64,000 bases of DNA from Pontiella sp. (GTDB lineage: Bacteria > Verrucomicrobiota > Kiritimatiellia > Kiritimatiellales > Pontiellaceae): positions 128,001 through 192,000 of the forward strand of contig JBNKHE010000003.1 of assembly GCA_050290185.1 (NCBI GenBank). The letters run 5' to 3'. A program made the position numbers and the translations under genes. Below, piece by piece: positions 51,547 to 60,700 of this stretch (position 1 is the first letter of the stretch; each line of letters opens with the position of its first letter). The notes below the pieces were generated by a model. It saw nothing but the letters and a program-made list of their open reading frames with translations. It was not told the origin of the DNA and did no database searches.

Positions 51547-53226
51547 ATGCCTATGAATACAAGATGCTTTAGATTGAGAGGGAAGGACTGGATCGTGGCG
51601 CTCCTGCTGTCCGTTTCTGCATTGCCATGCGCCTCAAAGGCCGAGATGCAGAATGTTCCGGCGCATATCACGTACCGGATCGAGGAGGGCGTCTATGTGG
51701 ACATTGGCTCCGGCAGCGGATTGGAGCGGGGCATCAAGGGTAGCCTGCTGCTGGAGGACGGCCGTTCCTTCACCTTCGAGGTCATGCAGGCTGCAAACTC
51801 ATCCGCCCTCCTGCGGTTCGGGGAGCAGGGCGTCGATCTTGCCGCCGGCAACGAGATCCTGCGGGTCGAGCTGGTATTCGATGACGCGCAACAGAATAGT
51901 GAGGAAACCCCGGTCATCCCCCCGGCCGCCACCACCGCCGCGCCGGAAGAGCCGGAACCTTTTGTGCCGCTCCTGGAGCGCATGAACAAGATGCCGGCCT
52001 TGACGCAGAGCAAGAATGTGAGCCACGGAAATTTCGGCGTACGGCAAAGCATGCAGACCGGTACCGACAACCAGTTGGACCGGATGGTGACGAGGCTGTA
52101 CACCTCGGGCAGCATCGACCGCATTGAAGGCACCGAATGGAGCCTGAAATGGTCGGGCAGTGCGCGCTACCGCACCGGCGATGCCTACGTCGACCACCCC
52201 GACTACCAGAGCCTCCAGCCGATGATCTACAATCTGATGCTGCAGCATCCCCTGGAGGCGGGCGGCTTTGTCCGGCTTGGACGTTTTTTGCCCTACGAAC
52301 TGCCGGGGGTGGGCTATATTGATGGCGGCCAGCTTGAAGTCTCAAACGGAGGCCTCTTGCGCTTTGGCGTATTGGCGGGCTTGAAACCCGGTCGTGTGAA
52401 TCTCGAAGTAACGGCCGACGAGCCGACCGTGGCCGGCTATACCACGCTGGAGGCAGGCAAGCAGGGATCGTCCTACTATTCCGGTACGGCTGGCCTGATG
52501 GCTTCGCTCTATCAGGGAGAGGCCAATCGTTTTGCTCTGTTGTTCGATCAACGGGCCAGTCTCGGGCCGAAGCTGGATGTCATTTCGACCGCGCAAATCG
52601 ATTTTGGTGTCGCCAATACCACCAACAGCGCCACCCAGCTTTCGCGCTTTGATTTGACGGCATCGTCCCGCATTGCCCGCAATCATACGCTGCGGGCGGG
52701 GATGGATCACTGGGAACGGGCCGATACGCCGTCGGAACGCGATCTACTCACGATCGTGGACAACAGCTTGTTTGATTCGGGCTACTGGCGCTACTGGGTG
52801 GGGGCGCGCCATCGTCTGCCGCTCAAACTGAATCTCAACGAAGAAGTGGCCTACACGGTTTCCGACAACACGGATGCCGCCATGCGGTGGCGCGTGGGAT
52901 TGACGCGCACAGGGTTTTTCCAGTGGACCTCCGCCAGCATTTCGTCCACGATCTATAATCTGGAATCGCAGGGGAACAGCGGTTTCGGCGGATTGCTATC
53001 CGCCTATCTGCCGTTCTGGGACAGCCGGCTTTCGGTGCGTCCGTCCGCCAGCATGCGCTGGCTGGACCCGGACAACGGAGGCGATGGGCTTACCATGTCC
53101 TATTACTCGGTTTACCTTGATGCGCGCATAAACCGAAAGTGGCTGCTTTCCGGCGGCTTGACGCAATCCATTGGCGACGGGGCCGACGCCACATCGTTCG
53201 ATCTCGGTTTACGCTACAGCTGGTAG
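51547..53226 (+). CDS. Outer-membrane beta-barrel (putative porin of the cytochrome cluster)
   Basis: Signal peptide (WIVALLLSVSALPCASKA), amphipathic strands and terminal beta-signal FDLGLRYSW. Start 51547 or 51553. Confidence 0.72.
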   Translation: MPMNTRCFRLRGKDWIVALLLSVSALPCASKAEMQNVPAHITYRIEEGVYVDIGSGSGLERGIKGSLLLEDGRSFTFEVMQAANSSALLRFGEQGVDLAAGNEILRVELVFDDAQQNSEETPVIPPAATTAAPEEPEPFVPLLERMNKMPALTQSKNVSHGNFGVRQSMQTGTDNQLDRMVTRLYTSGSIDRIEGTEWSLKWSGSARYRTGDAYVDHPDYQSLQPMIYNLMLQHPLEAGGFVRLGRFLPYELPGVGYIDGGQLEVSNGGLLRFGVLAGLKPGRVNLEVTADEPTVAGYTTLEAGKQGSSYYSGTAGLMASLYQGEANRFALLFDQRASLGPKLDVISTAQIDFGVANTTNSATQLSRFDLTASSRIARNHTLRAGMDHWERADTPSERDLLTIVDNSLFDSGYWRYWVGARHRLPLKLNLNEEVAYTVSDNTDAAMRWRVGLTRTGFFQWTSASISSTIYNLESQGNSGFGGLLSAYLPFWDSRLSVRPSASMRWLDPDNGGDGLTMSYYSVYLDARINRKWLLSGGLTQSIGDGADATSFDLGLRYSW

Positions 53227-53435
53227 GCGCGGATCCATGCAAGGGGGCATCGGATTCCATAGACAGGTGCTTGTCAGAGAATGGGTGTAAATGCGGCCTG
53301 CAGGTGTGGTAAGGAATGCTATGGGGTACATCATCAGCCTGTTACAACTGTCATTCCAACGGACGGGAATAGCCCGTGGCAGACAGGCATCCCCACACAC
53401 GTCTTTGGGGCGTAAACCCGGTTCGGATAAAGCTG

Positions 53436-54653
53436 CTACCAGCCGCCTAGTTCTTCGGCAAGATCGACGGTGATGGTTTCCGCCATGTATTCGAATTTGG
53501 CGGATTGAAGGGCGGCGTCAAGCATGCGTTCGCGGACGGAGATCAGGTCGCGCACTTGCTCCAGCGGAACGTCGGCCAATACTTCGAGATCTTCATTAAG
53601 CTGCCTGATGACTGGGCCCGTTCGCTTTTTTTGCTCGGCAACCTGCATGTAGTAGGCGTTGGCCATGTCCAACATGACGCGCAGCCGGTCTTCAATGATT
53701 CTGCGTTGCTGGTCCTGGGCCGCAATGAACAGGGCTTGCTGATGCTGGTAGACGGCAATGTCGGGATTGCGGGTGCCCCAGGGGAGCACGATCGAGGTCG
53801 ACAGTTCCCATCCGCTGGATCCGTTGTCATAGTCTACGCGATAGGCGGGCTGGAGATACTTGAGGCGGAAGCCATCCTCCGAACGCGCCGCTTCTTCGGC
53901 CAGCTGCATGGCGCGCAAATCGATCCCGAACTGGCGGTAGTCGGAGCGTTGTTCCAAGGCGGTTTTAAGCAGGGACTTGATTTCAAGCTGCGAAGGTATA
54001 TCGATGACCGCCATCGTGGAAAGCTGTTCCAGATCCGCATCGGGTCCAACGACCATTCTGATGCGCCGCTGCGCATCCAGAAAGTTGTTCCCCAGATCGG
54101 CTTGGTCGTTTGCCAGCGCAAGGTAGGTGCTGTAGAGCCGGGCCCGGTCGCTTACGGCTAACTGGTTCAACGTCACTGCTTGGTCGGCCTTTTTCAGATA
54201 GGGCTCGATGAAACGTATTTCGTTTTCAGTCAGCGCAAGCTGTTGCTTGAGCATACGGTAGGTGCAGAAGTCGCGGTAAATTGCGATGACATCCTTCCAC
54301 TCCAATGTCTTGATCCGCAGTTGTTCGGAGCGGGCGGCAAGGGTCAGTTGCTCATGGAGGCGCTTCTTGCTCCAGCGGCCGGGCAGGTAGACCCGCAGGG
54401 CGAGTCCGACATCTTCGTCGCTGATGCTTGGGCGTAGTTCGAGCCCGTAGTCGGAGCGGGAGCGTGCAAAGGTTTTCGACTGCTCCAATTCCGTCGATTC
54501 ATCGATCAGGGCACCTGCGTTTTGGTTGCGGATCGTGTCGTGGAAAGAAGCCTGTTCCATGAGGGCGCTAAGTGTTTGGTCGGATGTTGCAAGAACCGTT
54601 GAGGAGATGCAGCAGAGTGCGGGGAGAACGATGGCGCAAGTGCGGAGTTGCAT
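53436..54653 (-). CDS. TolC-family outer-membrane efflux protein (divergent)
   Basis: Signal peptide and twice-repeated helix/beta-hairpin pattern (LALRVYLP; LSTSIVLPW). ALEQRSDY motif. TAATG overlap with the HlyD gene. Confidence 0.65.
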   Translation of the reverse strand: MQLRTCAIVLPALCCISSTVLATSDQTLSALMEQASFHDTIRNQNAGALIDESTELEQSKTFARSRSDYGLELRPSISDEDVGLALRVYLPGRWSKKRLHEQLTLAARSEQLRIKTLEWKDVIAIYRDFCTYRMLKQQLALTENEIRFIEPYLKKADQAVTLNQLAVSDRARLYSTYLALANDQADLGNNFLDAQRRIRMVVGPDADLEQLSTMAVIDIPSQLEIKSLLKTALEQRSDYRQFGIDLRAMQLAEEAARSEDGFRLKYLQPAYRVDYDNGSSGWELSTSIVLPWGTRNPDIAVYQHQQALFIAAQDQQRRIIEDRLRVMLDMANAYYMQVAEQKKRTGPVIRQLNEDLEVLADVPLEQVRDLISVRERMLDAALQSAKFEYMAETITVDLAEELGGW

Positions 54654-55666
54654 TATTCCCTCCCAAACCATTGTTCAAAGACGGAGATGTCCGGCACCAC
54701 AACTACTTGTTCGCCGGGCAGCAGATCGCCATCATCGATTTCGATCACAATCCTGCGCCCGCGGAGCAACTGGTCGCTGAATCCCGTGTTGACCGGAAGC
54801 TTGCGGATATCCGCTGTGATGGATTGGACTTCTCCATGGAATATGCTGCGGTTGGCCTCGGTTATGACACGGCAACGTTCGCCGACGGCAAGGTCCACGC
54901 GATTTGCTTCGGGCATGAAGGCAATAACCCGGCGGGTTGAAATATTACTGATGCGTACGACCGGATCGCCGGTTTCAACAATATCGCCCGGCTGGTGAAG
55001 GACTTCGGCAATGACCCCGGTGGTCGTTGCCACCAGACGGCACTGCGACTCCTGAAGCTGCTGGAGGTCGTCGGCATTGAACTGTTCCGCTTCGCTGGCG
55101 GCAATGGCGAGGCGTTCCTCAAGCTGGGCGATCAGATCCGGATAGTGCGGCAACACTTCCTTAATGGCCTCAATTTGCGGTCGGAGATCCTCGGTCTCCT
55201 GCTCCAGTACGAGATGTCTGGCCAGCAGGTCTTTACTTCGTTTCCATCGGGCTTCCAGCACCTTAAGTTCAGCGGCGGTTTTGGCTTGTTCCAGCTTCAT
55301 GCTTTCGAGCTCGTAGCGGATGGAACGGACCTTGTCCCTGGTTTTCATCAGCGAGGCCTGGTCCATCAGCAGATCCGTAGCCAGCGATTCGTTGTCGAGT
55401 TCGCCGATCAGTTGACCGGCTTGGACGGTGTCGCCCATTTCGACCAGCAGGCTCTTGAGCCGGGCGTCTTCCAGCGGCGAAACATATTCATAGATCCGCT
55501 CGGCTGCACCGGGGAACTTGACGCGATACAACCCGCCCGGCAGCAGGACGAGCACCGCAATGGCGGCGGCGATCCATACCAGCCATGGCCATCCGCTGAA
55601 AAACTTGCGGATCAGATGGCGACGTCTTTGCCGCAGGGGAGGACGTTTGAAAGTTTTATTAGTCAT
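54653..55666 (-). CDS. HlyD-family periplasmic adaptor (membrane fusion protein)
   Basis: N-terminal TM. Two lipoyl half-motifs (LVEMGDTVQAGQLI; GVIAEVLHQPGDIVETGDPV) flank a coiled coil. Start ATG 55666. Confidence 0.82.
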   Translation of the reverse strand: MTNKTFKRPPLRQRRRHLIRKFFSGWPWLVWIAAAIAVLVLLPGGLYRVKFPGAAERIYEYVSPLEDARLKSLLVEMGDTVQAGQLIGELDNESLATDLLMDQASLMKTRDKVRSIRYELESMKLEQAKTAAELKVLEARWKRSKDLLARHLVLEQETEDLRPQIEAIKEVLPHYPDLIAQLEERLAIAASEAEQFNADDLQQLQESQCRLVATTTGVIAEVLHQPGDIVETGDPVVRISNISTRRVIAFMPEANRVDLAVGERCRVITEANRSIFHGEVQSITADIRKLPVNTGFSDQLLRGRRIVIEIDDGDLLPGEQVVVVPDISVFEQWFGRE

Positions 55667-55682
55667 GGTGTCTCGTTCTCGC

Positions 55683-56384
55683 TTAAAGTTCCACAGTGGT
55701 GCGTTGCATGACCAGATTGACCTCGGCAATGGTGTCGAGGGCCTCTAGCTTTTTCACGAGGTCAACCTGGTAGGACGGGTCGATCAGCCGTACCTGATAG
55801 GAATATTCCAGCAGGTCGCCCTGAACCGCTTCGCGCATGGCGATAAGCATGTAGGCCGAGCAGCACTCGGCCAGAACCTTGTCTACATCTTCGCGGGCAT
55901 GATCGTCGTCCGCTTCGACAAGAAAACGGAGCATGGCTTCGTAGCGCCGGTGGGTGGCAAACGGTGCCCAGTGGAGCAGGGCAATGACCGAGCTGAGCAA
56001 TATGCATCCCGATACCGCTACGGCAAACATGCCCGCCCCGCAGGCAATGCCCAGACCAAGGGCTGCGAACAGGAACATCATATCGCGCGGATCGCGCACC
56101 ACCGTACGGAAGCGGATCAGCGAAAGCGCTCCCAGTACCCCGATGCCACGGGCAAGGCTGTCGCCCATCGACATCATCACCATACAGGTGATCATGCCGC
56201 CGAGAATGAGCGTGTGGACGAACGATCGCGAATAGGAGAGCGATTGAAAGGTCAACTGGTATAGTTTGGCGATCACCGAGCAAAGCACGAAGCTCAACAG
56301 CATGGCCGATATGACGTGCTGTAGGCTCACGCTCTGCGAGCTGCTTGCCACCGACATTAAATCCAACAATCCTCCCGAATTCAT
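55683..56384 (-). CDS. DUF4956 family membrane protein
   Basis: YSRSFVHTL, GALSLIRFRT and GLGIACGAG, with an ACT-like C-terminal domain. AAGGAG RBS. Confidence 0.85.
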   Translation of the reverse strand: MNSGGLLDLMSVASSSQSVSLQHVISAMLLSFVLCSVIAKLYQLTFQSLSYSRSFVHTLILGGMITCMVMMSMGDSLARGIGVLGALSLIRFRTVVRDPRDMMFLFAALGLGIACGAGMFAVAVSGCILLSSVIALLHWAPFATHRRYEAMLRFLVEADDDHAREDVDKVLAECCSAYMLIAMREAVQGDLLEYSYQVRLIDPSYQVDLVKKLEALDTIAEVNLVMQRTTVEL

Positions 56385-56396
56385 AACACTCCTTGC

Positions 56397-57230
56397 TTAA
56401 TCAAACATAAATTCATCGGAAAAGGGAGCGTCCCCTTTTCCGATCAAAAGGTTTTCCATCCAAATAGCCGTCGAGTACTTGCAGTTGCCGCAACGGATCA
56501 GTTCGAAATGCTGTACCAGTTCCACCATCCACGTCGGAACCTGTTCGGTACATTTGACCTCCAGGACCAGCGTGGAATCCTTGCGGTTTCTTACGATACC
56601 GCTGTCCATGGAAATAAAGCGGCCGCCGTCCCCCCAGTTATAGGCATCGAAGACGGGCTGGTAGCAAAGCTGGGAATCGAAGGTGATCCGGGCGTAATGG
56701 TCGAAGATTCCCGTAAACGCTTCGCGGCAGTAGCGGATGTAAACCTTCGGCTCGGCGCCGATTTCCTGCGTCAACCGCACAAAGTCACGGAAGGCTTCGC
56801 GTTCCTTCACGGAGTTCAGGTTCAGCTCGCTGACATGTCGTTTCAGGATGCCGGGCTTCCAGTCGCTAAAGGGAATGCAGGCGCGCGATTTGATAATACG
56901 GTCATAGTACTTACGTTTGATTTCGAGAAATACCGGTGCATCACCGGGAGGCTTTCCATAGGTGCGTACGCGCAATTTGAAGCGGTGGGTGGCTTCCCAT
57001 TCCTTGGCATGGTGCAGCGACATGGAAGGGGAGTCGTACTGGAGCGTGGTAATGTAATACTTTCCGCCGGCAGCTTCGCAGTGCTTGTCTGTTATGCAAT
57101 AAGGCTTGATGAAATCCTTGATCGGTTCAACCAGCGCGCGCGGTATGATATACTTTGCCTCAAAGCGATCCAGCTCCGTTGAAAAATCGGCTCCATCCTT
57201 AATCGCATTGATATGGCTATTCTTATTCAT
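56397..57230 (-). CDS. VTC-domain polyphosphate polymerase family protein
   Basis: RFEAKY, TLQYDS, KLRVRTY, FLEIKRK, YCREAF, RITFD, VLEVK and CKY tunnel-metalloenzyme motifs. Confidence 0.85.
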   Translation of the reverse strand: MNKNSHINAIKDGADFSTELDRFEAKYIIPRALVEPIKDFIKPYCITDKHCEAAGGKYYITTLQYDSPSMSLHHAKEWEATHRFKLRVRTYGKPPGDAPVFLEIKRKYYDRIIKSRACIPFSDWKPGILKRHVSELNLNSVKEREAFRDFVRLTQEIGAEPKVYIRYCREAFTGIFDHYARITFDSQLCYQPVFDAYNWGDGGRFISMDSGIVRNRKDSTLVLEVKCTEQVPTWMVELVQHFELIRCGNCKYSTAIWMENLLIGKGDAPFSDEFMFD

Positions 57231-57751
57231 AGATATAGATTCATTGATAGCACTTATATATTCCTAACAACTAGCAAAAAAAGGTTAGGACGAACGAACT
57301 GTGAAATAGATGGATTCTAAACTTCGAATAGGGTTGAAGGTCGATATACCAACGCATGCCCATCCGAATTATGCCGGGTGCTCGCGAAACACGTGCATGC
57401 GCGATACCCGCAGCGGTCCTTGGAATGTGGATTAAAAACTGGAAGGTGAAAGTCTGGATGTCCGCGGAACCCGGAAGCCAACTGCATCAGTCCGAACGCC
57501 CGGTGCCGTTCGGGCCGGATATCGTGCTTGAATAGATCTTGTTTGGCGTCATAACTACCATTGTATAAAGGTCTATTGAATATGTTCTGGTCTAATTCTG
57601 TCTGAATGTTAAGGATTGGATAGGTTGACAAAAGGGATGGTTTAAATAATAAAAAAGGCCATTTGCGATCACCTAATTCAAAGTCTAGGCATATAGATAG
57701 TACAACCTTGAACTGGTTGCTTGGTTAACATTGCTCCAAAAGGTGGAAAAT

Positions 57752-60700
57752 ATGCGCCTATCCATTTTCAGTATCGTATGGCTGACAGTGTGCTCGACCG
57801 TCGTGGCGGGGCCGGTTGTGAACGAATTCATGGCCTCAAATCAGTCAATTTATCCAGACAATTGCGATTTTGACGACTATTCCGACTGGGTCGAGCTCTA
57901 TAATTCCGACAGCACCAACGTACCGTTGACCGATTACTACCTGACGGATGATCTGACGCTGCCGCTTAAGTGGAGGATTCCCGCTGGTGGCGTTATTCCG
58001 GCACACGGCTATTTAATGGTGAGGGCCGATGGCTACGATGCCGGACCGGGGGAAACGCATATCCGCGGCTACTGGGACTGGAACAGCACGTTCACCACCG
58101 TTCGGTATCACTCCAGTTTCAAGCTGAGTGCCGGAGGAGAATCATTGGGGATTTTCCATCTAATCAATCCTGCAGCGGAAAACACGCTGATTTCGGCCGG
58201 ATCGACCTGGAAATATCGTGACACCGGCGGCAATCCCGGTGCGGGCTGGATGGGTTTGACGTTCGACGACTCGGCTTGGAGTTCCGGAGCCGCCAAGCTT
58301 GGCTATGGCGATGGTGATGAGGCTACCGTGGTCGATTTCGGACCTGATCAAAACAATAAATACCCGACCACCCATTTCCGGTATCACTTTAATGTAACAG
58401 ACCCTTCGCTGATTGCCGACGTCCGCCTGAACCTGATGATAGATGACGGGGCCATTGCCTATCTGAACGGAATCGAAATTGCCCGTATACGCGTGGCGGA
58501 CGGGATCACCTATCTTGACTATTCCGGCGGAGGATACGGGCCTGATAACCCAAGCGCGTTCGAGTTGATAGATTATACATCCATGCCTTTCCGGGCAGGG
58601 GACAATGTCCTGGCGGTGGAGGTTCATCAGCATGACGGCAGCAGCAGTGATATGGCATTTGATGCAGAATTGATCGTCTTGGAAGTCGTTTCCACCGATG
58701 TTGTTCTGGTCGATGCAATCACTAATTTCCCTGCGCAACTGACGGATGTCTCCTACGGTCGCGATCCGGCTTCCACCAACGGGTGGTCCTTCTTTGCGGA
58801 GCCGACGCCGGAAGGTACCAATTCGACCGAAGCACTCTCGCAATTTGCAGAGGCGTCCGCCGTGACGGCATCGCGGGACAGCGGATTCTACAGTGGGGCC
58901 CAATCCGTCACGTTGTCCAGTGCCGGCGCCGGCGAGACGATTCGCTATACCCTCGACGGCTCCGTACCCACGTCCGGCTCGACGGTCTATTCATCCGCAC
59001 TGCCGGTCGGCAGCACAACCGTTCTGCGGGCGCGGGCCTTCGCATCCGGCAAGATTCCCGGACCCATGCTAACCCGCTCCATCTTCATTGACGAAAATTC
59101 ATCGTTACCGGTTTTCTCCATGGTGGCCGATCCGGAAACCCTGTTTGGGGATACCATTGGCATCTATTCAAATACCCAGACCTATTACAACATCGGCGGC
59201 CAATTCGGATCGGGGTACTACCCGCTCAAAGGTCGTGAAATACCCATTCGTCTGGAAATGTTCGAAGCAGACGAAACCCCGGCGTTTTCCGTCAATGCAG
59301 GCGCCCGTATCGCCGGAGAGAATATTTGGTCCAAGGCGCAAAAGCCGTTCAATATCTACATGCGCTCGAAATATGGCGACGATTTGATCAACTACCAAAT
59401 GTTTCCGGACCAGCCGGTCGCCACTTTTGGTGAAATCAACCTGCGCAACGGCGGCGATGACTGGGAGGCAACCCTGTTGCGCGATGCCATGATGCCTTCC
59501 ATATTCGAGGGTCAGGCTGATGCCGGGCTGTACACCTATCGTCCGGGTATCCTGTTCATCAATGGAGATTTCTGGGGCATCTACAACATCCGCAAGCGCT
59601 TCGATCCAACCTATTTCGCCAACGAACATCAGCTGTCCGAAAGCGAGTATGACCAGCTGAAGTATGCCAATGATTTTCCGAATAATATTTATGCCAGGTT
59701 GCAAGCCGATGCAGGCTCCACGGAAGCCTACGAATCCTTCCTGGCATTCTGCACCACCAACGACACCACGGATCCGGTGGTTTACAGCCAGATCGAAGCG
59801 CAAATGAATATCGACTCCTTCATCGATTATGTCGTTGGTACGGATTACGCGGTAAACACCAGCTGGCAGCACAATCGGGAATTCTGGCGCGGCAATACAC
59901 CCGGCTCAAAATGGCAGTGGATCATCAATGATTCCGACCGGGGATTTGTCACTGGCAACAAAACAGGATCGATAATCGATAATTTCATTGGGAACTACTC
60001 CCTCTTCCAGCGCTTAGACAACAACACCAACTTTATCAACCGCTTGATCCAGCGCTACGCCGCTCATGTGGGCAGCACGTTTAATCCCCAGCGGGTCAGC
60101 GACAAGCTGGATATCCTCACGGCCGAACAGGACGGCGAGGTGGCCCGCCATCAGGCCCGCTGGCCGGGATCCATGGTCAGTCGTACCGCCCAGATCGCCG
60201 ATATCAAGCAATTTGCCGCGGAGCGACCCTCCTACGCCCTCAGCCGGCTGCAGTTGGAGCTGGGGCTTAGCCTCAGCATGGCGGACCTGTCTGTCAACCT
60301 CTCGCACGTCGACGGCGGACGCGTACTGGTTGCCGGCGTGCCGATGGCGCCCGAATACACCAGTGCCGTTGGCATGTTCCTAAACACGCCATTTGAACTG
60401 ACCGCCGAGCCGGCACCGGGCTACGCCTTCGACAGCTGGAGCACGGGCAGCACGAATAGCACCATTGAAATTACGATGGCCGGTGCCCAGACCATTACGG
60501 CCAACTTTACACCCAACGCGGAAACCATTGTGCCTTCGACCATTTCTTCCGACACCACTCTTACTTCTGCGGGATCGCCCTATTCAGTAACCAATGACCT
60601 CGTCGTGGAAGCCGGCCATGTGCTCACCCTTGGACCGGGCGTCCGGCTGAACATGTCCAAGGGCAAGAGCATCGTCGTGTACGGATCGCTGAATGCGGAC

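Noticed and set aside
53338..53356. Pho-box-like CTGTTACAACTGTCAT
   Set aside because: The repeat period is 9 rather than 11 bp, and it lies between converging gene ends.
57317..57631. 104-aa minus-strand ORF in the VTC-CotH intergenic region
   Set aside because: Non-ATG start, no clear RBS and no recognisable motifs.
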